This document shows positions 33,980-42,671 of a stretch of DNA of 52,969 nucleotides, piece after piece. The position numbers were made by a program, and so were the translations under genes. Origin of the DNA: a virus (lineage: Duplodnaviria > Heunggongvirae > Uroviricota > Caudoviricetes); the IMG/VR virus record IMGVR_UViG_2718217885_000014, positions 1 through 52,969 of that record; one strand, 5' to 3'. The notes under the pieces are model-generated. The model ran no database searches. It had not been told where the DNA came from and saw only the letters and a program-made list of their open reading frames with translations. How positions within the stretch are numbered: the stretch's first letter is position 1; each line of letters opens with the position of its first letter.

Positions 33980-35038
33980 TCATCCGTTCTGACTGACTAA
34001 ATCCTGAACTTCCTTGACCGTCTGCTCAAAACGCTCAGTCTCCAGCTCAACGCCAATTGCACGACGTCCCAGCGCCATCGCTGCTTTGACCGTCGAACCC
34101 GACCCCATGAAAAAATCTGCAACCAGATCTCCCGGACGACTGCTTGCGCTGATTATCTGCTGCAACATTTCTGCCGGTTTTTCGCACGGATGTTTCCCGG
34201 GATAGTACTGCACCGGTTTATGCATCCACACATCGGTGTACGGCACCTGCACAGTCACACCGAAATACCGCCGCAAATTTTTATATTCTCTCAGCAGTTC
34301 CGTATACTGCCGGTTCAGTTCACTGTATGTGCTGACCAGCTGGTGGTGTGGCTGCTCCAGTTCACCGCGCTGATGTTTTTCTGCTGCAACACGCGCAAAC
34401 AACGCCTGCAATTTGTTGTAATCAGCTTCGTTCGGTAACTGCCACTGACTGGTACCAAACCAGTGCGAAGCCATGTTTTTCTTTCCGGTGGCTTCCGCTA
34501 TCTGTTTTGACGTTATTCCCAGTTCGGCACGAGCATCCCTGAAATACGATATCAGCGGTGCCATTATGTGCTGTTTGAGTTCCCTTTCTTTTGCCGCATA
34601 GCCGTCACTTTTGCCGCGATATGGCCCCTGGTAATGTTCAGCAAACAGAACGCGCTCTGTGGCAGGAAAATATGCGCGCAGACTTTCTTTATTACACCCA
34701 TTCCAACGTCCAGACGGCTTCGCCCAGATGATATGGTTAAGCACGTTGAAACGTTCACGCATCATGATCTCAATATCAGATGCCAGGCGATGCCCACAGA
34801 ACAGGTAAAGGCTTCCGGCAGGTTTCAACACCCGCCAGAACTGGGCCAGACAGTGGTCCAGCCACTTAAGATAATCTTCGTCCCCTTTCCACTGATTGTC
34901 CCAACCGTTGGGTTTCACCTTGAAGTAAGGCGGATCGGTAACAATCAGGTCAATGGAATCATCAGGCAGGGACTGAATAAAATGCAGGCAATCAGCGTTG
35001 ATTAAATCAACACTGTTTATTTTTACAGTATTTTTCAT
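33980..35038 (-). CDS. DNA methyltransferase (N6-adenine/N4-cytosine family, beta-class), no adjacent endonuclease
   Basis: 352 aa; catalytic DPPY motif near N-terminus (LIVTDPPYF) and AdoMet-binding FxGxG near C-terminus (DFFMGSGST). Confidence 0.85.
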   Translation of the reverse strand: MKNTVKINSVDLINADCLHFIQSLPDDSIDLIVTDPPYFKVKPNGWDNQWKGDEDYLKWLDHCLAQFWRVLKPAGSLYLFCGHRLASDIEIMMRERFNVLNHIIWAKPSGRWNGCNKESLRAYFPATERVLFAEHYQGPYRGKSDGYAAKERELKQHIMAPLISYFRDARAELGITSKQIAEATGKKNMASHWFGTSQWQLPNEADYNKLQALFARVAAEKHQRGELEQPHHQLVSTYSELNRQYTELLREYKNLRRYFGVTVQVPYTDVWMHKPVQYYPGKHPCEKPAEMLQQIISASSRPGDLVADFFMGSGSTVKAAMALGRRAIGVELETERFEQTVKEVQDLVSQNG

Positions 35039-35188
35039 GGATCAGTAAGCGTAACTCTGGTAGGCTCACTCTGCTTTTGCGCTAAAGCAGTGGGCCGTGG
35101 TTCGCTTGTGACCAGTAAGCATGAGCGAATGGCTGGCAGGTGCTACCAACACCCACCAGCCGCCCATTTTCACAGCAGGAAACCGCCA

Positions 35189-35392
35189 TTACTGGCAGCG
35201 TCTGAATTTATTCCCGTACCCGCCGTTATCCTTCGCCAGACCCGCCAGAACTAACTGAGTCAGTATTAACTGGCACCGGACTTCGCTTACTCCGGTAGTT
35301 CTCGTCATCATGCGTGGCGTTACCCACTTGTCAGCAGGTAAGAAATGAAGGACTGCGGCGGCGGTTTCTGTCATATCTTGCTGTTTTAGCAT
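35189..35392 (-). CDS. hypothetical small protein
   Basis: 67 aa from ATG at 35390-35392 (MLKQQDMTETAAAVLHFL...); track ORF extends 28 codons further upstream, probably non-coding. Confidence 0.4.
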   Translation of the reverse strand: MLKQQDMTETAAAVLHFLPADKWVTPRMMTRTTGVSEVRCQLILTQLVLAGLAKDNGGYGNKFRRCQ

Positions 35393-35512
35393 GTTTTTTC
35401 CCTTCTGGTTAACATGACATACCAATAACTCTTGTCTAAAAAGCCAGCAAGATAAAAAGTCAGTATTCACGACCACCAGCGTGTTTACTGTACTGCACCA
35501 AGTTTACAGGTA

Positions 35513-35540
35513 CAAAAAAACCGCTCAGCGGCGGGTTTAA
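35513..35540 (-). terminator. candidate rho-independent terminator (possible tR' equivalent)
   Basis: Minus-strand GC-rich hairpin (CCGC-TGA-GCGG core, extendable) followed by seven U (plus-strand A-run 35514-35520). Confidence 0.4.
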
Positions 35541-35588
35541 GTTGTGTGGCGAAGTAACCACTCTTAACAGCATATTTGATTTTTTACG

Positions 35589-35617
35589 ATTGTAAACGGT
35601 TGATTATTCATCTCCAA
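35589..35617 (-). promoter_or_regulatory. candidate sigma-70 promoter (possible late promoter PR' equivalent)
   Basis: Minus strand: -35 TTGGAG (35612-35617), 17-nt spacer, -10 TACAAT (35589-35594); about 60 nt upstream of the hairpin/U-run at 35513-35540. Confidence 0.3.
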
Positions 35618-35661
35618 TAAAAATAATTGTGTAGGTATGCCCTTAACAATGGATAAGAAAC

Positions 35662-36108
35662 ATGAATAAAATGACTGTATTATTACTTAGCGCAACTATC
35701 ATTTCAGGTTGTACTTCTTCCGTACCATTGATAAAGAAAACTCAATCAGGAAAACCTGAGGGGGTTTATCAAAATACGACAAAAGATAAAGTCAAAGATG
35801 CCCTTGTGAATTACTGCAATAGTAGAGGGTTGATAATTTACAACGCGGATAACAGCAGTGTTATATGTGGTAAAGAACTGGAAGGCGGGTCTGCTGTTTT
35901 TGGACAAATGTTAATCGGCAATGCCTATTCAACAACCCCGGTATCAAAAGTCAGATTTACTATCGCTCAAGTTAATAACGATACAAAAGTGTGGGCCGAT
36001 ATGTGGATGGAAACTCAAATGGCAATGGGGCAAGTACAACAAATGGCTATAACAGACAACGCAAGCAAAAACACTATCCAACAACGTCTTGATGAATTAA
36101 AACCTTAA
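35662..36108 (+). CDS. lipoprotein of unknown function (moron)
   Basis: 148 aa with lipobox (LLLSATIISGC); on the strand opposite to all flanking phage genes; AT-rich upstream region, hairpin downstream. Confidence 0.75.
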   Translation: MNKMTVLLLSATIISGCTSSVPLIKKTQSGKPEGVYQNTTKDKVKDALVNYCNSRGLIIYNADNSSVICGKELEGGSAVFGQMLIGNAYSTTPVSKVRFTIAQVNNDTKVWADMWMETQMAMGQVQQMAITDNASKNTIQQRLDELKP

Positions 36109-36128
36109 GTAAATTAATTAAATAAAAT

Positions 36129-36151
36129 GGGGAGAAATAAATCGACTCCCC
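36129..36151. terminator. hairpin between lipoprotein gene and Q (likely terminator, mainly for minus-strand transcripts)
   Basis: GGGGAG-N11-CTCCCC stem-loop; on the minus strand it is followed by an A/U-rich tract (AUUUUAUUUAAUU). Confidence 0.4.
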
Positions 36152-36193
36152 ACACATTAAACTGATTCAATTACCCCCTCAATAAGAGGTCTT

Positions 36194-36574
36194 CTAACGA
36201 TCCATCTCTAGCTCAATTTCTAACATCATTAACATGCCATCAACTACACCTTCAGCCTTTTGCAATAAACGCCCAACCCAGCAATCAGAACGCCCATGTT
36301 TACGGGCAAGCGCCATAAACGTCATACCACCTACATAATAATCCACTAATAAATCGTGCAAATCGCTGTTGTTCTTTTTCAGGCGAGCCATGCACCCACA
36401 AATGATCATCGCGTCATCGTCACAACATTGCGGGCGGGATTTTACTTTTGAAGGGATTAGTCCTTTAAATCCTGCAGCAATAGACGACCAGGTGACATCC
36501 TCGTGATTATTTGCCACCCATGCCCCCCAACGTTCAAGAACCATTTGAATATCACGCATCAACTTTCTCCACAA
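36194..36574 (-). CDS. late-gene antiterminator Q (QuuD/phage 82 Q-like)
   Basis: 126 aa; from [76 protein letters not shown] it matches K-12 QuuD from memory. Confidence 0.85.
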   Translation of the reverse strand: MWRKLMRDIQMVLERWGAWVANNHEDVTWSSIAAGFKGLIPSKVKSRPQCCDDDAMIICGCMARLKKNNSDLHDLLVDYYVGGMTFMALARKHGRSDCWVGRLLQKAEGVVDGMLMMLEIELEMDR

Positions 36575-36576
36575 AA

Positions 36577-37566
36577 TCAGGCCAGAACGCCAATTGCCAG
36601 CGCACGATCGATAAAACGAAATATCAGCTCCAGCTGGGAGCCATACTTCTCTTCAAATGCCACGGTATCCGCATGCAGCTCGTCGTGATGCTTTCTGCAC
36701 AAAGGCAACACAAAAAGGTCATGCGCTTTTGTTCCCATTCCACCCTGACCGTGACCTATCAGGTGGTGGGGATCATCAGCAGGCTTTCCACAACATGCAC
36801 ACGGCTGTGTCTTAACCCAGCGCGTGTACTTTTCATTAACCCAGCGGCGACGTTTGGGGCGTAACATAAAAGACTCCGGCGACTCCGGATCCACTTTCAG
36901 CGCCAGCACCTTTTTCGCTTTATCCTGGATGATGCTGGTGGCAGGAACCGAAGGCACAAGGTCACACTCCCGGGTGACAGACGGCACAACAGGCGTCGGT
37001 AATCTCAGTGCCTTACGGGCTGCACTTTCCGGTAAGGCATCCGCCAGGTCATTACGAGCCAGCCACCAGCATAGTTCCGGCATTGTCACAACGTGACTGT
37101 CATCAAAACCGAGATCCCGACGCACGACAGATAACACCCACCGGGCACAGTTATCCGTTGCCATTGATTCCAGCCGTTCCGTGAACTGATCGCGCAGCTG
37201 GTTATCGCAGTGCCAGCACAGACGGATTGCGCCCGGAGCGTGTCGCATTGTGGTCATATTCTCGCTGTGCCAGTCGGAATGAGGCCACTGGCAGCCTTTT
37301 TCACGAAGTAACCAGCGTTCAAGACATTCCACGCCACCAGCACGACGGATTACCGCCTCATTGCGGAACATAGCCCGAACGGCAGGATCATCCGCCAGCG
37401 GTTGTGATGCCGCCGGAACGGCACCACTGGCAAAAGATGAATAACGTTCCGGCTCAGGCTCCAGCAGGACACGCCCCTGCATAAACAGGGGCATCAGTTC
37501 TGAACCGGGTCTGAACAATACGATCCCCATACGTGGGGCAATTTCAGGGGTCAGTAGTGCTCTCAA
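36577..37566 (-). CDS. DUF968-domain protein (YdfU-like)
   Basis: 329 aa with C-terminal Cys/His-rich region ([43 protein letters not shown]); nin-region position. Confidence 0.7.
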   Translation of the reverse strand: MRALLTPEIAPRMGIVLFRPGSELMPLFMQGRVLLEPEPERYSSFASGAVPAASQPLADDPAVRAMFRNEAVIRRAGGVECLERWLLREKGCQWPHSDWHSENMTTMRHAPGAIRLCWHCDNQLRDQFTERLESMATDNCARWVLSVVRRDLGFDDSHVVTMPELCWWLARNDLADALPESAARKALRLPTPVVPSVTRECDLVPSVPATSIIQDKAKKVLALKVDPESPESFMLRPKRRRWVNEKYTRWVKTQPCACCGKPADDPHHLIGHGQGGMGTKAHDLFVLPLCRKHHDELHADTVAFEEKYGSQLELIFRFIDRALAIGVLA

Positions 37567-37575
37567 CGTAGAACC

Positions 37576-38091
37576 TCACAGCACAATCTGTTTCAGTTTC
37601 TGTACCGCTTTCCCCATATCCGCCATAGCATCAACAAACTCATCAAATTTACGACTTGCCATTCCATACGCCTGGAGGATTTCCAGTTTCAGAGGATCCA
37701 GTTGCTTTTTAATTTCCGCACGATCATTAAATTTCTTCTCTGCTTCTTCCGCAGCCCTGATCAGCTCCTCAGCATGCCTGCGTAATTCATCCGGAGTAAC
37801 GGTCTTTTTAATCACAACGGGTTCCTCTGTTTTTACTGGTATTTCACTATTTACTGCCTGATGTCCAAATTTAGGATGATGTAACGTTGTAGTTCTTCCA
37901 TCATTCACAACGACCAGAAGTCCACTGTCGCGGATAATGCCAATGAGTATCTCCTTATCCCTTTTATTCAGCAGACTGTACGCCTGCACTTTCTGTGATA
38001 TCTGGGTCAGTGTTGCGCCTTCCGGCATTCGTTCAACAAAACGTTTAACCCTGGATAAAACTGGCTGCAGATGGGGTGGTGTAATTCTCAT
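37576..38091 (-). CDS. hypothetical protein (N-terminal winged-helix-like, C-terminal coiled coil)
   Basis: 171-aa ORF, tightly packed in the operon; no recognisable family by eye. Confidence 0.55.
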   Translation of the reverse strand: MRITPPHLQPVLSRVKRFVERMPEGATLTQISQKVQAYSLLNKRDKEILIGIIRDSGLLVVVNDGRTTTLHHPKFGHQAVNSEIPVKTEEPVVIKKTVTPDELRRHAEELIRAAEEAEKKFNDRAEIKKQLDPLKLEILQAYGMASRKFDEFVDAMADMGKAVQKLKQIVL

Positions 38092-38106
38092 GCTCCACGC
38101 CTCCCA

Positions 38107-38922
38107 TCAGTGAACGGTATCGAGCAGCTTTAACAGCTCAGGGAATCGGGATTCGAAGAAATGCGGCTGCGTCTCGCGCGGATTTGCAGGACTGGTGATG
38201 TTCTTGCCGAACATGCAGCCTTTCGCCGTCAGCGACCAGAATTTTTTGATGTTGTTAATCGCGGTACGGCTGTATCGTTCGCGTTGTTCAACGATCCCCA
38301 GCTTCGCCATCTGGTGATATGCCTGATTAGCCGTCAGGCGGATACCATACTGCTTCAGCAGTGCACTCAGCGACAGCGTAGGGCGGCTTGAACCATCTGG
38401 CGCATCAGCAGGTGCATCAATGGCATAGATCGGCATAAGTTCAGGAAGACCTGCTACCTTTGATAATTTCTGGTATGCACCAAGTTTCGAGGAGTTTGAC
38501 AGATTTAGAGTCTTTGCTGCTGATTCAAGCAGAATGACCCCGGATTTAATTTTGTCGGATGTGGTTTCTTCTGGTGATGAATTATGAAGCGCATCAAAAG
38601 TACGTATCACTTTTAAGCTGAATGCCGGGCTGATCCACATTGCATATGCATAGACCAGCTCTTTACAGACATACGTCCCACCATTGCGCCCCTGAATGGT
38701 GATGACAGGAATACTACGGGAATCTCCCGTAGTTTCTTCTTCCAGTAATTCCACAAGAGCCTTCGTTTCAGGACGACGCATAAACTCGTGAACTTCCAGC
38801 GAACGGGAGGAGCGATTCTCACCAGCGGCAAGAAGAGCAGCTTTCTGAAGGTCGTTAAGACAGTAGTTAGATTCAAAGTACTGGCGCACAGAAACGCCAT
38901 CAATTACAAGCAACTGATTCAT
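38107..38922 (-). CDS. KilA-N domain protein
   Basis: 271 aa from ATG at 38920-38922 with GGAGA Shine-Dalgarno; N-terminus MNQLLVIDGVSVRQYFESNYCLNDL resembles KilA-N domain; track ORF starts 32 codons upstream without a Shine-Dalgarno. Confidence 0.65.
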   Translation of the reverse strand: MNQLLVIDGVSVRQYFESNYCLNDLQKAALLAAGENRSSRSLEVHEFMRRPETKALVELLEEETTGDSRSIPVITIQGRNGGTYVCKELVYAYAMWISPAFSLKVIRTFDALHNSSPEETTSDKIKSGVILLESAAKTLNLSNSSKLGAYQKLSKVAGLPELMPIYAIDAPADAPDGSSRPTLSLSALLKQYGIRLTANQAYHQMAKLGIVEQRERYSRTAINNIKKFWSLTAKGCMFGKNITSPANPRETQPHFFESRFPELLKLLDTVH

Positions 38923-39202
38923 TGGTTTCTCCACAAATTTCGGGACTGCACTCCCTTTTCGTTGATGCAAGATGAACTTACTGCGATTTTTAATAGTTAT
39001 CAAGGATACACTGTTCATAAATACAGTATCTTTAACGAGGTAATACCCAAATTTAGGGTGTTGCTCAATTCCGTTACCGAGTTGCTAATTTGCAACTCGC
39101 TTTTTCGTACTTACTGATAGTGATCTCGACCTTACCTTCCGGGATAACCGGTCCCCACTCCACCAGCATTCTTTTCACCTGTCTGTCGTCTTCCCACACC
39201 CC

Positions 39203-40539
39203 ATAAGCGCTAACTTAAGGGTTGAACCATCTGAAGAATGCGACGCCTCGGTGCCTCGTTAAGACGATGCCTCGCGTTCTTCAATTGCGTTTTGTAGGCT
39301 GTCAGGGATACTGTCCCACGAATGGCCACCTGTAAGCTCCAGATGACCATTTTTGTTATTCTCCACAACGAGTTAGTTCTTCTTTTCGGATCCGGCACTT
39401 CTGGGGGGGAAATCCAGCGATGGCTGGATTATGTCGTCAATTAAAAATGCGGCGAGTAGATTAGCAAATATCCACGCTTTCGCGAGTTCAGGTTCCTTTG
39501 CACGCAAAGCATCCAGGTGCAGCAAACTTTTGAGCCGCTTAAAAGCCAGTTCAATTTGCCATCGCAGACGGTAACAATCAGCCACTTGCTCTGCTGAATA
39601 TTCATCTTCCGGTAATGATGTTAGCAATAGCACATGGCCCGCTGCTTCCAGCGTTTCCGCCTGAACTACTCGTCCTTTTCGACGATTCTCGCTGAGCAGT
39701 CGGGTTTTACTGATTAATGCTTTTTCGGGAGGAAGTGATACGGCAATGAGACGTGCCGGAAAGGGAGCTCCGGCTTTTTTATTACCTGAATTGCCTATCA
39801 TTACAGTGGTTTCACCGTTCTTACCGCAATCCAGCCCGCGCAGAAAACCCATCATGTCAAAGCGCATTCCTTCTGCAGTTAACCAGCGCAATCCTCGCCA
39901 GTGAACCCGGACGATATAATCAGCTTCTCCAAAAGCAAGTGAGCGGATACATTCGGGACGCGAACCGAATCCCCGGTCAGCAATGCGTATCTCGTCTGCC
40001 GTTTGCGCAAATCGGTCCAGCCGTTCAGCGTCTCTGCTGTCGGTTAGCTCAAAATCAGTGAACTGACAGGTATGAGGATCATATCCCATATGTAGTCGCC
40101 ATTCAGCGCTGCCGCCCCCGGGCGCACTGATTGCTGTTCCATCGACAAGACGCAATCTCTTTCCGCTTGTACAACCCGTAACTGCGGCGCGTACAGCAAG
40201 TGTTTGTGCGGCAAGTATGCCAAACCAGTCGGCGGCATTCCGCAGCCGCTTCAGGAGAGCCACGTCAGATAATGTTGCAACGTCATGGAGCTGAGCCCAT
40301 GCAGTGACTTCACGTAATGACATCCCCCCGGGGCCGTAAGCCAGCCCCAGACGTAGCAGAGTTGCAGCATCACGAATTTCGCGGCGGCGGGTTAGAGCCC
40401 CGGCATTACGTGCCGAAGTATCCAGTTCTTCGGGCTTACCAATATGGGCCAGAATTGCTGACCAGTTATCGTGAGAGTAATTCATCGGCACGTTAAATCA
40501 TATCAGGCGTAATACCACAACCCTTAAGTTAGCGCTTAT
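39203..40539 (-). mobile_element. IS4-family insertion sequence (about 1.34 kb)
   Basis: About 22-bp terminal inverted repeats (ATAAGCGCTAACTTAAGGGTTG at 39203-39224, CAACCCTTAAGTTAGCGCTTAT at 40518-40539); flanked by 11-bp direct repeat TCCCACACCCC (39192-39202 and 40541-40551); one transposase ORF inside. Confidence 0.85.
39373..40485 (-). CDS. IS4-family DDE transposase
   Basis: About 370 aa; C-terminal YRLRWQIELAFKRLKS signature typical of IS4-family transposases. Confidence 0.8.
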   Translation of the reverse strand: MNYSHDNWSAILAHIGKPEELDTSARNAGALTRRREIRDAATLLRLGLAYGPGGMSLREVTAWAQLHDVATLSDVALLKRLRNAADWFGILAAQTLAVRAAVTGCTSGKRLRLVDGTAISAPGGGSAEWRLHMGYDPHTCQFTDFELTDSRDAERLDRFAQTADEIRIADRGFGSRPECIRSLAFGEADYIVRVHWRGLRWLTAEGMRFDMMGFLRGLDCGKNGETTVMIGNSGNKKAGAPFPARLIAVSLPPEKALISKTRLLSENRRKGRVVQAETLEAAGHVLLLTSLPEDEYSAEQVADCYRLRWQIELAFKRLKSLLHLDALRAKEPELAKAWIFANLLAAFLIDDIIQPSLDFPPRSAGSEKKN

Positions 40540-40814
40540 GTCCCACACCCCCGCGTGGGTCAGGGCGTCAAACAGCGCCTTGTTATAGTTGTCCAGATCG
40601 CGGATCCGGTTATCCGGAGGAAACAACACGATCTCCACTGAAGCAGGTGCCGACGTTGGTTTCGGCAGACGACGTAACTGCTCAACTATTGCTGCGCACG
40701 CCGCGCTCTGGAATTTTCGCCCCGCCGCGCTTATCAGGCTCTTACCAGCAAACGCCCCTTTGTTGGGGTGTCGCCAGTACGTGTTCACGCTGGGCGGGAA
40801 AGGCAGTATTAGCT

Positions 40815-41141
40815 TCATACTTTCAGGCCCCTCTCATGTAACCAGTGGGTTGCACGCAGCCTGGCGTTTTCCTCACCGGCAAGCAGTGAGCGGATAATCC
40901 CGACCGCCTCGCTGTCGTCGTCCTTCACCGCGGTATGAAGCGTTATCCCCCGGGCCACACCACGCTTTATCGTGATGACGCCTTTTTTCTCCAGTGCGCG
41001 AAGATGCTCCACCGCTGCATTCACTGAACGGTATCCCAGCATGGTTGCCACCTCCTGATTGGTTGGCGGGAAGCCACGTTCTTTCTGGTAAGAAATCAGC
41101 ATATCCAGCACCTGCTGCTGGCATTGAGTTAACGTCGTCAT
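40815..41141 (-). CDS. LexA DNA-binding-domain-only protein (winged helix, no S24 peptidase domain)
   Basis: 108 aa from ATG at 41139-41141 (MTTLTQCQQQVLDMLISYQKERGFPPTNQEVATMLGYRSVNAAVEHLRALEKKGVITIKRGVARGITL), resembling the LexA N-terminal domain; no C-terminal protease domain. Confidence 0.6.
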   Translation of the reverse strand: MTTLTQCQQQVLDMLISYQKERGFPPTNQEVATMLGYRSVNAAVEHLRALEKKGVITIKRGVARGITLHTAVKDDDSEAVGIIRSLLAGEENARLRATHWLHERGLKV

Positions 41142-41629
41142 TAAGCCCCCACGTAATTGCCTGACAGATACCACTCTTCACCCGATGCAGCGCGCTTGCT
41201 GCTTTTCCGTAAGCACCGCTCACGACGCGCCAGAAAATTGTTTCGTTCTGGCTTGGAGTGGCTTTCACGGAATGCCGCCATCCACACCGTTGCAGCACGA
41301 CGAAATAAGCCCCTGGACTCCAGTTCTTCCGCCTGGCGGGTCAGGCACAAAATCACCCGTGGATCGTTAGTGCCGACATAGAAATTGCGCACAGGTCTGG
41401 TTTCACGAACTGGTTGTGGTTCCGGCTCCTGCGCTCTCTCAGTCAGGCGTGGGAAATGTCTGCGTGTATCTCCTTCACAACGGTGAGCCACACGCCCACT
41501 CTGACGTAACTTGCTTGCTGACTGCAGAACGCGCTGTCGTGAGTAACCAGCAAAAGCATCCGCAATGTCTCCTGAAGTACACCCCGGATGGGCTTCAATG
41601 AATTTCTGAACTTCATTCAAAAGACTCAT
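41141..41629 (-). CDS. PerC-family-like regulator with N-terminal winged-helix region
   Basis: 162 aa; central motif ELESRGLFRRAATVWMAAF resembles the PerC/Pch signature from memory; occupies the slot after the replication initiator where lambda has P. Confidence 0.5.
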   Translation of the reverse strand: MSLLNEVQKFIEAHPGCTSGDIADAFAGYSRQRVLQSASKLRQSGRVAHRCEGDTRRHFPRLTERAQEPEPQPVRETRPVRNFYVGTNDPRVILCLTRQAEELESRGLFRRAATVWMAAFRESHSKPERNNFLARRERCLRKSSKRAASGEEWYLSGNYVGA

Positions 41630-42450
41630 AATCCCCCCCTGAATCCTGCCGGGATCTGGCTGTAGTCCACGTTGTCGTAACTGGCTTTGAAGTACGGGTC
41701 CTCGCGTCTGGCTGCAGATACCGCAGGAACTTCCCAGGATTCTTCGAAATGACGATCCGGACCAAAGAACGTGACAGCCTGTTTCACAAATTGTGTGCCG
41801 CTGTTACCCATCGCAGATACCCAGCCCGCGTAGCGTTTCACACCTTCCAGCATGGTTTCGGGGTTTACCCCCTCATTCAAACGGGCTTTCCAGGCTTTGA
41901 AGGCTGCAGATTTTGAATTGCCACCAGCACGTTTGGGATAGGCCAGCCATGCCTGCTCAAACTCCGGAGAGTATTCCGGTCGGTTTGAACGAACTCGCAC
42001 AGACTCATCAGCAGATGCACCAACAGCTATTGGTTCATTGACTGGTTCTTTGACTGGTTCAAAAGAGTGACTGGTTCTGGGTGAATCTCCTGCACTACCC
42101 CCTGGTGCAACTCCTGCACTACCTGGTGAATTTGCTGCACCAGATAGTGAATTATTTGCACTACCCCCTAGTGAATCTCCTGCACCATCAAGATGAAGGA
42201 GATAGATATTACTTGAGTTACCTTTTTCACCTTTCCGGGTGACTTTTTTTACCAGCCCAGACTCACAAAGGGCCGCAATATGATTCATCACAGAACGTTT
42301 GCTAATCTCGCACTGGTCAGCAATATGCTGGTAGCTGGGCCAGCACTCCCCCTGATCGCTGGCATTATCAGCCAGCTTGATCAGAACCAGTTTTCGCAAT
42401 GGATTACCCACTCGAATTTTCATCGCTTTAACCATCAGCTCCATACTCAT
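41626..42450 (-). CDS. replication initiation protein (lambda O-like, N-terminal HTH)
   Basis: 274 aa; N-terminal HTH domain (CWPSYQHIADQCEISKRSVMNHIAALCESGLVKK); low-complexity Gly/Ser/Ala linker encoded by DNA iterons; position after cro/cII-like genes. Confidence 0.75.
   Translation of the reverse strand: MSMELMVKAMKIRVGNPLRKLVLIKLADNASDQGECWPSYQHIADQCEISKRSVMNHIAALCESGLVKKVTRKGEKGNSSNIYLLHLDGAGDSLGGSANNSLSGAANSPGSAGVAPGGSAGDSPRTSHSFEPVKEPVNEPIAVGASADESVRVRSNRPEYSPEFEQAWLAYPKRAGGNSKSAAFKAWKARLNEGVNPETMLEGVKRYAGWVSAMGNSGTQFVKQAVTFFGPDRHFEESWEVPAVSAARREDPYFKASYDNVDYSQIPAGFRGGL
42078..42186. repeat. iteron array (five degenerate about 20-bp direct repeats) inside the replication initiator gene; probable origin of replication
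   Basis: Repeats TGGGTGAATCTCCTGCACTACCCCC, TGGTGCAACTCCTGCACTACC, TGGTGAATTTGCTGCACC, AGTGAATTATTTGCACTACCCCC, TAGTGAATCTCCTGCACC; three further TGACTGGTTC repeats at 42038-42079; AT-rich tract at 42187-42230. Confidence 0.6.
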
Positions 42451-42671
42451 GCTGCACCTCCGAGATGCTTCATGTTTTTTCCGGAGCGAAAGGCTATAAG
42501 CGGCATACTGACGCGGTAATTACGGCCCAGCGGTTCACAAATCACCTTCTGACATTCACGGTCAACCAGGCTAACACGTAGAACATGCCCTGCTGGCGTG
42601 GTGTACCACTGACCGGGGAGAGGACAACGGAAAGTCTGATTGGTAAATCGTTTGAAAATATTCCGGATCAT
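42447..42671 (-). CDS. hypothetical small protein
   Basis: 74-aa ORF whose stop overlaps the start of the replication gene by 4 nt. Confidence 0.45.
   Translation of the reverse strand: MIRNIFKRFTNQTFRCPLPGQWYTTPAGHVLRVSLVDRECQKVICEPLGRNYRVSMPLIAFRSGKNMKHLGGAA

Larger units (their letters stand above)
39074..40818 (-). pseudogene. rusA: rusA (Holliday junction resolvase) disrupted by IS4-family insertion
   Basis: N-terminal part (40541-40818) has a RusA-like sequence (FPPDNRIRDLDNYNKALFDALTHAGVW) then runs into the IS; the reading frame resumes after the duplicated target copy at 39192-39202 (GVWEDDRQVKRMLVEWGPVIPEGKVEITISKYEKASCKLATR) to a stop at 39074-39076. Confidence 0.8.

Noticed and set aside
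39210-39398. 62-aa minus-strand ORF at the left end of the IS4-family element
   Set aside because: Lies within the IS terminal region downstream of the transposase gene; no start context; likely spurious.
42038-42190. Direct repeats inside the replication gene as a possible CRISPR array
   Set aside because: Repeats are degenerate, contiguous without unique spacers, and lie inside a coding region; this fits origin iterons. No cas genes in the window.
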